A stretch of DNA of 64,000 nt from Antedon mediterranea. Its lineage: Eukaryota; Animalia; Echinodermata. The notes beneath the pieces were generated by a model. It did no database searches, was not told the origin of the DNA, and worked only from the letters and a program-made list of their open reading frames with translations. The DNA lies in assembly GCF_964355755.1 (NCBI RefSeq), contig NC_092673.1, positions 23,867,648 to 23,931,647 on the forward strand, given 5' to 3'. This document shows positions 26,468 through 38,100 of this stretch, in pieces (position 1 is the stretch's first letter; each line of letters opens with the position of its first letter). Position numbers and translations under genes: made by a program.

Positions 26468-26598
26468 AAAACAAATCGTGCCGCAATAACAACGACGCAA
26501 CGATAAGAAAATACTCTTCAATTTCTAATCGCCGTCTTTACGAGAAGTTTAATCATCAGCTTACGTCGTTTGGTTCCGTTTTGTTTAAATCATCATTG

Positions 26599-29500
26599 TT
26601 AAAGGACACATTTATTCGTAACCATTCTAAAATATTTTCCTTCGTTCATCTCCACAAGTTTCTTATGTTCACCTGGCATTTTATGAGAGTTATTAAACGA
26701 ATGTCTTGATTTACCATCATAGTGAAATTTAATTTTTCTTCCATCAGGTGAAATTCCAAAAGGATAAAATCCATACAGTGATATCATATCGCAAAACGGC
26801 ACGGCTGCAGTGTACAAATACAGGCCGGATGAAGGCTTATCTGTCATGTTCCAGAATCTAAAGGGAACAAAAAGATGACAGTAGAATCCCTATAATAGGA
26901 TAGGGGTTCCCGTTTACGCGGGAAGTACCGGTATGATGTTCCCTCTAAATAGGTGTGTCAGATGGAAGGGATTCTGCTGTAATTTTTCTTTTTTTCGTAT
27001 TTATATGGTGTTTGGTTATTTTGTAATATCACGAACTTGTGTAAAAACAATCAATGTTGATTAAACACGTTGTACCGTACACATCAGTCACAGAACATTA
27101 ATTCTAAACCGCCCGGTGATATACTGAAATTTAATTTAATTTGAAACGATAAAGATGAGGAAATGTCAGAATGAGAGGCGCCCCGACCGAGACTCGAACT
27201 CGGAACCTTCTGCTTGATATGCAGATGTCCTAACCATTAGACCACTGGGGCTATCATGGTATTGTTTAAACTCGATTGGATAAAGCGACTCTTTAACATT
27301 CTCGGCATGGTACGACCGAACAGCACTTGTCCCTCAATTGTACATAATGCAGTAACGAGGCATACTTTATAAACGTTTGTATTCCATAATTCGGTACGTA
27401 GCAACGTCGCTACCTTAGCATCATAAATATAGTAGGCTATGGTCGCCAATTCAATCGCAATTTTTGGTTGCGCAGGTTTTCTAAAGCTCTGTCTATAATA
27501 TCAAACTAGTTTGACAAACAAGTTTGATGTTCCCAAATATGGTAGTAATGTGACATCATCGTGTCCATGGATGGGCACATCATATTTTTTTGTCACATAA
27601 AGTTTTTAGACAGAGCTTTAACGGTTTAAGAAGAAAGCTTTCAGTAAAAAAACTTATCCTTTTAATTTAATCACAAGTAAAAGAATTAAAGTAGGCCCAA
27701 CTCTGGTGATCTATTTATTTGTCAGTAGGCTTAGCTTACTGCTTCCCTGCAACAGTTGGGTGTTCTGCAAACTACATCGTCATCGTCGTCAAAAATGTAC
27801 CATCACACCAATATGGGAACATCTTACCTTTGTAGATTATCCGCCAAACGCGTAAACGGATAAGCAATTGAAATATTCAAGTTGTTTCTGTCAAAATAAT
27901 TAATAAGCTCAAAATGGTCAAAAACTTGTGGTCTAGATTGCTTAGAAAACCACAAAATGACATTTTCAAACTCTCTTAATCTTTCCAAATCAAACCTTGC
28001 ATCACATGGATTAGTTTTTCTAATGCATGTTTGCAAAAAACGCATTGACTCCTGATTGGCAGACATAATGTTTGTTTTTTTCCCAACATCATTTAAAAAC
28101 CCCTTTAAAGGAGCCATGTTTGATCTCATCACAAAGTCGTGAGCGTCTATTTCAGATCCACATCCACTGTTTAGAAGAATTCCGCCATTGCCGACTACTG
28201 CGCATGTGCGATGCTGAGAAATTGTCTTTCCTGTCTTTCTTAGGTATCTGGTGTAATCAGTAGCTTTTCTGAATTGTTTCAAATTCGTAAATTGGTCACG
28301 TTGATAATAAGGTATTAGCATACTTGTTTCGAATTCCTTTGTTTTATTCCTGTGAACGAAATAGAAATATATTACCTGGGTACATTAGTAAATTGGCCAT
28401 GTTGAGACGACAATGTTAAAATAATGTTCATCCGGGCCTATTCTTAATGTATTACCCAAGACATATAAGAAATTAATTGAGTCACGTGATTGTCTAATTA
28501 CACAGTAAACCGCCTGGCAGCCTATTTAGTGCTGAAAAAGAACCTTCGGAAATTTGTGACGTGATACCTGAAATTCTTTGCTTGTGTGAATACGGTAATA
28601 CAATTAAATTACTATTTTTTTTAATTATTTATTAATACGCAAAAAATGCAGGTTGACTATAAAATTCACAATTAAAATACAACAAAGTTAAAATAATCAT
28701 TTAATTTCATTATATCGGCAAGGGTTCGAGGCTCACACATTAATACGACTACAAAATTTAACACAAAAAAGGAGTTTACAAAGAATTAAGATTATGAAGA
28801 GAGAAATTAAAGTAAAATTACGAAACAAGATCACAAGGAAACTTAGAACAACACATTTATATGAAAATTAAGGCCTGTTTGCACAGTCTTCTTGACGTTC
28901 GGAGAAAAAGACAAAAGGCCGATCAGCTACTTGGCGAATTTAAAAGGCGTATTGTGAAAAAGACTTGAGAGGGAGAGAGAGAGAGTGATTTGTAGGCCTA
29001 TTGGTGTAGAAATCAAAGCAAAGTTGGATGGGTACTGCGAGTTTGATGTGTGGGGAAGAAGCTGTTACGTCGCAACAAACCCAGCAGGTCTACATGTAAA
29101 ACTTGGTTGTTGCCACTACTGTAGTATAGGACATAACGCAAAGACGGTACAGTAGTTCGCTTTTGATTGGTCAACTGCGTTGTGTCCTAGATGGGAATTA
29201 AGCATCGTGCAAACATTAATGTTCTTTACAAAAACAAGGCCATATACATGGCTGCAGTCGCATGCTCAAATTTGAGTTAGTGTTTACCGACCGACCAACC
29301 GACCGACATAGAGCTGTTTGCACGCGACTAAAAACTGAACTTTGCATATTTCAGACAGAGATATTTCAAGGAAATTTTCCAGAGACCCGACCATCGAATC
29401 AATGCAGATCCTCCCAAAAGGCAATTGAATCCTCGATGGTAATAATTTTATTTATATTTTGAACAACAAATAATATTATTATATAATATTGGTATATTTT

Positions 29501-31023
29501 GATATCCCGTAAACAAATTTTGTCAGCTGGTTACAAATGGACAAACTTACCTTAAGTTGAATACTTTGGTTAAATCAATGGTTTTAGTAAATTCTTTTTC
29601 AAGTAATTCCTTCATGATGTCTCTTTTTGAGAACAATCTGTGAGTAAAAAATCTTAATTGTACCATATTGTATTTCTTAACAAGCAGCATGAAACCATTT
29701 TAAAATTAGGCCAAGCATGATTGTGTCGCAATGTTCCACAAACAAATATGCCTGTAAGCCGCTTGGTTTTCACTAGAGCCCCTTTCTCACAGATGTGCCT
29801 GCAATATACCGGTACAGTGCTGGCGTCGTGCCGGTATCGTTACCGGCATATACCCATTCTCATCGGACTATCGTGCCGGAAATATAACTGGTATATACCG
29901 GCTTTCTGTGAGAAAGGAGTCGGGCATATTCGGCCAATAAAAAGTCTCTGACAAAATAATTATTGAGGGCGCCCTTTATTGTTATTATTTTTGTCTAGCG
30001 ATGATATGGCGGCGAATGTTAAGTTACAGATTATTATCTTCCTTTATAGCATATTTATGCAATACATGCTATGTACAGTATATTGTGCATATATTATACA
30101 GGTATAGCAATTAATTTGCCGTCATCGGCAATCTGTAAAACACCTTAGAAGGCTGTAGGCCTACAATTTACAAGGCGACGAAAGGTCAGGCACCAACAAA
30201 CAAAGAGCTAATGCTAATGGCCTAGCCTAGCGGCCTATATAGATTATGCTACAAATTTCTTCTTGTCCCCTTATTTTAAGCAGCTCTCTTATCTCATTAT
30301 CCCTCCAGTTCGACATTATTATTGTTAATTGAATTGAATAGGCGCCAAAGTGATACACTTGACTGCGCAAGGTGTCAAAGCCTCGACGGGGAACCCCGGA
30401 ATATAACGGCAATACGTTCTCACAGAATGCCCGTCTGGCATTGCGGGGAATATCCCTAGAATATTACTAGGTCTAAAGCAGGTCATGTCGATGCCGGCAT
30501 GGTGCCGGCATGATGCCAAGACGACCCGTTCTCACAGAAAACCATACCGGCATGGTAATGGTATATTCCCGCAATATTCCTGGCACACAACTCTGTGAGA
30601 AAGGGGCTTAGGACGCAACCCGATGACGTAGAGGCAAACAAGTTGACCAATGGCAACCGACAGTTCGAATAATTCATATCGTCGTGATTGATCAAATCTA
30701 CATCCTGGGACGCTCGCTGTAACGTAAGGACGTAAGCGCAACGCAAACAAGTTGACCAATGGCAACCGATAGTTTGAATAATATCGCATGTGATTGATCA
30801 AATCACTAGCGTTGTGCTTACGTCCTTGTGTTGCGTCTCTAGTGGTAAACCAACCTTTAAATAAGATCACTCATGTACTAAAACTGATATTTTGTACTAA
30901 CCTTGGACAATACAGTATGTTTGTGTCTTTACTGCGTTTTGATAAAGATAGTAGAGAAAATGTTACCAGTATAGATAATGTTGTTATAAACATGAACACG
31001 GTAATCTTTTGATCTCTATCCAT
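26599..31023 (-). CDS. ST8SIA: Alpha-2,8-sialyltransferase-like (GT29, ST8Sia family), ~329 aa, 4 coding exons
   Basis: Exons 31023-30902 (MDRDQKITVFMFITTLSILVTFSLLSL..., type II anchor), 29637-29551, 28349-27828 (sialylmotif L: TCAVVGNGGILLNSGCGSEIDAHDFVMRSNMAP...DVGKKT) and 26857-26599 (motif S PSSGLYLYTAAVPFCDMISLYGFYPF, motif III HYD, VS HKMPGE, C-terminal Cys). All phase-2 junctions are consistent. Confidence 0.93.
27179..27251 (-). mobile_element. tRNA-like head of a SINE or tRNA pseudogene (anticodon position ATC)
   Basis: Cloverleaf-like: D arm TGGTCTAATGGTTAGGAC, anticodon stem TCTGC/GCAGA, T arm CCGAG-TTCGAGT-CTCGG. The acceptor stem is imperfect, loop position 32 is atypical, and there is no Pol III T-run right after. 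Confidence 0.6.
27483..27620. mobile_element. MITE family AAAGCTCTGTCTA...TAGACAGAGCTT (other copies ~46925-47070 and partial ~51850-51945)
   Basis: Terminal inverted repeats with T/A trinucleotide flanks, Harbinger-like; three related copies in the window. Confidence 0.65.
29233..29334 (-). mobile_element. Short HINE-like repeat with (CCGA)n core (other copies ~54255-54365 and ~63870-63972)
   Basis: Shared AACAAGGCCATATACATGGCTGCAGTCGC...CCGACCGAC...GCACGCGACTAAAA in three places. Confidence 0.65.
29777..30608. mobile_element. Harbinger/PIF deletion derivative inserted into a MITE, retaining a Myb/SANT gene fragment
   Basis: TIRs AGCCCCTTTCTCACAGA / TCTGTGAGAAAGGGGCT with 3-bp TSD TAG (29774-29776, 30609-30611). 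An internal minus-strand fragment MSNWRDNEIRELLKIRGQEEI (from 30316) resembles a Myb/SANT-like N-terminus. The host MITE halves lie at 29758-29776 and 30609-30858. Confidence 0.7.
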
Positions 31024-34000
31024 GTCTTCTATAAACATAATATACGGTATTTATGGTAATAGTATATAATTAAAAAATGAATACAAGACGGATAGAGGCA
31101 TGTGAGCCATGATTTTCAAGGAGAATTCTAAAGTAGAGGGGGTTGTAGAGATGTTCAACATATGCAATTATTACCAAAGTGCGAAATATTTCGCACACAC
31201 ATTTAGGAAAAGGGGAAAATACAACTGCTGACACTATGCGGAAAATTAGAGGGATGAAGAAGTCATGGTCGTGTTATACCCCTACCAACCAAACTCATCT
31301 CTTAGTTCGCTTTTTAGGCTACTTTGTTTTTTTCCTATGGAATTTAGGGCAGAAATCATGACATGACATAATATGGAAAATTATAGAGGGCGATATAAAC
31401 AACCGAAATGTTTTGGTCTAGTGGCTTTAAAATTACACTGGAGCCCTCGGTTCAAGGTCTTTTAAAAACATTTTTTTTAATAGTTGAGAGATATTATTTA
31501 GAGGGTTAGGTTTAGTATATTTAGGAAGTGGATCAGCTATCTTGCAATTATTTATAATAGAAAATAATTAGGGTATAAATTATTCATGATTTCTGCCTTT
31601 ATTGTATAGAAAAAAAATAAGGCGTCCGGCTCTTCAGTCATTGATTGTTCTATTGTACGATACCTTTATAATCTATATATAAATTTACGTAAGGGCAAAA
31701 TTCGGTAAATCGCGCGTTATTTCTAGAATGTTTACTCGATGGTATATAAAGTTGGTTCGTACTTTCGGTACTGATTTTAACCGCCTGATGTAACCCTGTT
31801 TACTAATTAAATTGAGTTCGATAATTAGTTATTGACGATTAAAACGAATTTAGGTTCAACGATTTGCCCCAAATAGGGGTGTTTTCCGATCGTGGTATAC
31901 ACTGTCTAATGGATGTCCATCTTGAAAAATACCCGCCACAAAAATTCGAGGAGGCTTCGCATTTTCCTATCTCCTCCTACGATAATTGTTTTTAATAGCT
32001 GAAAACCGGTTGAACAGCTCGAGTACAGTATCATAATGTTGAAGACAGGCCGATTTTCTTTAAAAAATACTATTTTGATAGATTTAATATACGTTTATGC
32101 AAATGTATTGATTTGAAATGAATGGAACATTCCAATCTCTGTTCCACAAGTGTCTATTCCCTCAGGCGTCGTAAAGGCAAGTACTGTATACCATGGAGGT
32201 CCATGTGTATACTCATAACAGAAATTCGATCCATTTTTTTTTTCAATCTGTGCTGCAGAGGTTGGATATAGATTTTTTTTAACGGATAATGAGCTAGCGT
32301 TTTCAGTCGCCGTATATTATGTACAAATCTTTATTATTGCAGTTAAACCACCCACGTGACATCATCACCCTTCCCTCACTGACATGAGTAGCGTTGTAAA
32401 GCCAGTAGAGGATAGGCCTACGGTGCATCACATGCCCTAAACGCAGAACAACTTCGGTGGGTAGGGTTAGGAACCAACTTAAGTATGAATTGGCTCTAAG
32501 AAACAATTGAAAACCATTAGGCCTACTAATTAAGTTGAGTTAGATAATTTAATATTTATTGACGATTAAATCGAATTTATGATTTGCCACGAATAGGGGT
32601 GGTTTTCACAAATTGTTTTACATTATATAAACATATTATACACGTCGTAGTGATGTATCGGTACATGTACTATACTATTTCAATCGACTAGGACGGTGAT
32701 AGTTTCAACAAAGTATTACATCGCAATGTTTTACTGTGTTTAGTGGTATATTATTTGTAAAACATGAAAACAATTAATATTTCGTTACTACATGGATAAA
32801 GAATATATTTAAAAATTGTTCCTCTTTGCACCCATCCTCTTTCCCATCCCTCAACCCTAACGTTACATACAAAACACAAATTAAGTTTGTTTAAATTTGA
32901 CTTAAACAATTGGTCTCATTTTGTGACAAGCTTCTCTTTCGGAAGTAATTCCCAGGGTGCTAATTTTAGTTCAGTACATAAATCACAGTGTCTATTTATT
33001 CGTTCCTGTAAACTACATGTATTATTGTCCTGCAATTTGAAATCGCCAGTTTTTTAACGCTGAAATTATTATGTATTCGAGAACCATCTGTGGGCACGAC
33101 CTAGATGGTACGCGAGCGAAGCGAGCGTTCCATCTAGTGCTACTAACTATGCATCCTCCATGTACATGTACGTGGAAATAAAAACTAATTGAACTGATTT
33201 GTCAATAACGGCCGTATGTCATTTCAGAACACCTATACGAACACAGCTAATACAATGCTGCTGAAATGTATTGGCTTTAGAAAGAATACAGATAAATAGA
33301 ATATAAAAACACAACACTTATCTATAATTTAGCATATTTCATACCGTAATCCATGGAATATGCCTGCGTATAGTCTTAACAATAAAGAAGAAATATACTC
33401 TTATATGTTTGTTATTTTATTAGAAATGTGATTTAACGCCTTTCCCGAGAGGAAATAAATAAATAAATGGCATGTATAATCAAATGGGGCGATGATGACT
33501 AGAGGGTTATAAAAAGCAATACAAAATGCGTACTTACCGTCAATGTTTTGAAGAATAAACTTACAACAAAATAAACTCACTGACATTGAAATAAAGTGGT
33601 GTGTTGACCACACGTTACAACAATATAATTATAAAGAATAGTGGAAAGCCATCGGAGCTTACAATCTATACAATTCTTATTGAATTCTCGTAATGCAAAC
33701 ACAAAGGGGGATTTTGGCAGTGTTTTTTCATAACACATCACATGTATACTGCCGTACTTTTTTTTTCAAATTCGAAATTGAGATTGTTGTCTTATTCGAC
33801 TCTTGGCGGTATACTCTGTTATCCCAAAATATAAATATGAAATTTATGATAATAATTATTATCATTGGGGCTTATCTACAAACACCAATAGAAATAATTT
33901 GACAAAAGGCCTCAACTACAGTAATTGACCAATCAGATAACAGTATGATGAATATATAAGGAGGCAAAATGCTTATAGAAGAAAAGCCTTTTTCCTATAT

Positions 34001-35129
34001 TTTGTAAAAAAAATTACCTGGTCTAAATTACAGTTATAATTTATTTTAACTAAAATTATAAAATGTTTTTTTTATCAAAAATCAAACAAGTGCAAAAGTG
34101 CCTTGTTTTCGAAGTATTCCCTGCCATTTTTAAGTACAATTAATTTGAGAAAAGGCTTTATCTGCAATGTGACCCCCCCCCCCCCCCCCCGAAAATACAA
34201 AAATAAAAATTGAAAATTATGTCAGATATTTTTTAATAATGTACTTTTGAAATATATTTACTTGAAAATAAAATACTACATTAACTTTTATAATGAAAAA
34301 CAAAACCACGTTTTTTGGTCAATTACTCAAAAGTAGCTTTTTATAGATAAGCCCTTTTCTCAAAGTACGGCAGTACTGTTATTATTACAATCATCACGCG
34401 ATGCGCAATGGATCATCCGAACGGTCACCGCCTGCGTTGTGCCCATTGTCCTAGTGAGAACAAAGCTGTAAACAAATAATATATGGTTCTGTATAGTGAT
34501 TAGTTTCTAAATATTTTATTTTTCTTGTTAGTTTGTTTGAATTGTTTTGACCTTACTAGAGATACTATTATTTTGCTTGTACAGCTGTGCTTTTTTCCTT
34601 CTATTTTTTTCATGTAGGCCTACTTTTCGTTGTCTTTCCACACCACCAAAGTGAATTTGTCATTTCAAACAATTTCTTTATTAATTTTTACGCACCTCGG
34701 TTAACTTACGTGCGCCATTCGTTCGTATGTTTAAAGAAAATGATTAAAAACGGTGTTTGTTTTTTTCTAAATTAGCCTATATTATTTCTATTAAGGCCAG
34801 CTTTTGATAATCTAGTTTGTTTTGTTCAGAGTTAGTTGATAATGATATCTTATCATTTTGTATTACCATGACCATTGTATTTATCATTGAAGGCGACAAG
34901 TGTTTGCCATTATTAGGTTATTGTTTGAACAGGTATTTGACGTTTTTACGTAAACACAAGGAGAATATAATATACACTATATAACACAGTATACAATTGC
35001 ATTGCAATAGGTATTCTTTATACAACCAATAGGTTTTCTTCAACTAGTATAATGTATTTCAATATATTGTATAATAACTACTGTACCCCGATATAATTAC
35101 TCCCGATTCTGTAAAGTTCGGATTCAACA

Positions 35130-38100
35130 TCAGCAAAATACTTTCTGCAATCTACATTTGAATCTATCAAGATCTGTATCTCATCTTTCAGTACTACGTC
35201 GAATTCCAGAGTCCAAAATGGGTTGATGGTCAATTTAAAGGGTGGGTATGATAAGATACGGTAAGCTCAGCGGTAACACATGCGGACACGTACACAGATC
35301 GTCATGGTAGTAAAGATGCGAGTTAATAGTGGTACCGTTAAAACTTGAGTCAGAACCCAACTTCTTCAGAAGGTGGATTCCAAATTGAGTCCCAGACACT
35401 TCCCTCCTTACATCTACGACTTCCACGATTAATGCTGCAAATAAATGCGATTGATTAATGCTGCAAATAAATGCGATTTCAAAGTAATATTTTTCTGTTA
35501 AATTAATCAAGTAAAGCATCTTTAATATCACGACAACATTCTCGTGCATTCAGTAATAATAATATAATTATTATTATATAAATACATTTTCTCTAAAGCG
35601 CTATGATCACAATTCTCGAACGGCTACGAAGAACCTACAAAAACATAGTGTGTTGGATGAGTTCAGTCTTGCAAAATGGGATATGTTTTCTTATTGATAG
35701 TCGTTAAAATTGGATTCAATAGAGCTAAAATTAATGAACAAATTCAACACACCTTCTAAATGTAAGCGACATGCAATAAGTAACGACATCACGGTCTCAC
35801 AGTTTCCACACATATCTAATAATAAAAGTGAACAATTATTCAAAATATACATTATTAGTTTTACATACCACCAGGAACATGGTACATTTCGGAAATTCAC
35901 AAAAGGACAACCGTCTGTTAGCCTCCATCGACAGGGGTAATGCATCAGGGAAGACAGGAGAATCTTTATTTATACCAGAGCTCAGAGTAGCCTAACATGG
36001 TCTGGTGGTAGAATATGAGTTGGAACTTTATCTCAGTTTTCTGCTATTAAAGTTAAGGTTAAATAAAAACGAAGCAACTACAATAATACAACAAAATAAT
36101 TGTTATAGTGAACAAAAAACTACTAATTTACCTGGACATGTTTTTATACATCGAGACTCCAGCGCCATAATTATTCAAATGACATACACTTACTCTCTTG
36201 CTGATCGTAGTAAAAACGAAGATAACTAAATGGTCCAAATCCACTGTCTACTGCTTGAGAACACGTTTCATCTATAATAAAAATAGATCTATGTATAAAT
36301 ATTGGTTGTCACTGTAGTGGTTTACTTGCAGTAGGCCTACATGTGATTGTAGAGAGAGAGTTAAAAAGGTAGTAAAACTAAATTGAAAGGTAGAGTTAGC
36401 TAAACCAGATGGAGCAAAAACAGAGGTAGCAAAACTACTGGCAGAAAAACCAGTGGCAAAAAAACTAGAGGCAGCAAAGCAAGATACAGCAAAACCAGTG
36501 GCAGAATAACCAGGGGCAGCAAAGAAAGATACAGGAACGCAAGAGAAAGCAAAATCAGTGGCAGAAAAGCTAGGGGCAGCAAAGCCAGAGGCAAGGAAAT
36601 CAAACTTAATGAAACCATCACCAAATGATGATCTAGGCCTACTTTTATTGGATGTTTGATTAAAATAAAGAGAGTTGAATATAGGTTGTACGTAGGTATA
36701 AACGATCAAATGAACACATCAGTGTTGAAGAACAAAGAACGCCTTTGATATTTACCGTAATCACCCATACACTGATCTTCGCATTCATCCACAGTTCTAA
36801 ATCCTTCATCAGATTGCATGCAAAACCCGTCTGCCACTTGTACGCATACCTTTATGTCCGATCTAAAGTAAATTTGGTTCACGCATTGCACATCGCTACG
36901 TACGGGATTTGCGTGGCATGATATACCTATACAGAGAAGATAAACAAACGTTTATTTATAATTATATGAAATAGTATTGTCATAAATTAAAAAAAACATG
37001 AGCATAAAGAGGCCGCACTGATTTGTAAATTTTTAAAAGATTTTAAGAATCAGCTTATGCCTAACAAATTGTTGCCAAAAATATCTTAATTCACTCAATG
37101 CAGTGGGGTAGAAGAAATATTCCTAGGCTTATTGTTTGCTTTTTGTTTTATCATTTGCACATTTCATAATATTATAATTTTCACACATTTTTTTATTGTA
37201 GTTATTTCAGAAAATTCATACTTTTGTGTCGATGCTTGTAACTATTAAATACCGGTACCGTGTGATCTTCAATTCTTCATAAAATGACAAGGTGTTATTA
37301 TAAATGAAGTTTATGAACACGGTTAAAAAATAGGAATACCATTTATGCATCTTCCATTGTGCATGACGTCAATTACTTTTTCTGTACTGCATGCTGTCAC
37401 TTTTAGTAAGCACTTATTTGAATAAGTCACTGCGTCACTTCCGCAAACTAGCTCTCCAATCAGTGGACAGTCGTCAGACGTTTTGGATATACACGTAGCT
37501 TCGCGTTGTCTTACCACGCATTTCTTGTCATCGGTGCATGTGTTATTAGCACATATATCTAAATAAACATCGGTTAGAAAAACATTCAAAATGTTATGAG
37601 TCACTTTCGCAAACTAGTTGGTGGGCAGTCTTGGTATTTTACTGTAGATAGATACGTGGCTACTTCAAGTTATCTTACCACGCACATCTGGTCACTGATG
37701 GGGATATAATTTAGTAGGCTACAGAAGAACCCATTCAGACGCGCTGTATTAAAGGGAAACTTTGTTGTGTCAGTGTCCTCTTAATATGGTTTCTACTGCA
37801 TCAAATATTTTGATAAACATCGGATAGATAGATAATTATAAGCAAACAGAATGTGGTTCAACAGACCTTCACATGTTGGTAACGATCCATTCCACATTCC
37901 ACTTTTTGCACATTCTAAGACAGATTCCCCGACCAGTTGGAAATCTGGTGCACAAGAGTATCTAAGTAAACCACCAATTAAATGTTCTCCTTCTATCTCA
38001 ACAGTGCCATTCCCGAACGCTTCAAACTTGTCACATCCAAGAACTATACAAGAAATGAAATCATTAAAGTATGCACCGTTCCTTGTGGATTGGCTATGAC

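Noticed and set aside
27179-27251. Functional tRNA-Asp(ATC)
   Set aside because: Imperfect acceptor stem, atypical anticodon loop and no terminator; more likely a SINE head or pseudogene.
32650-33660. Candidate upstream coding exons of ST8Sia
   Set aside because: The ATG at 31023 already supplies the membrane anchor; these segments have stops and are at most 5' UTR exons.
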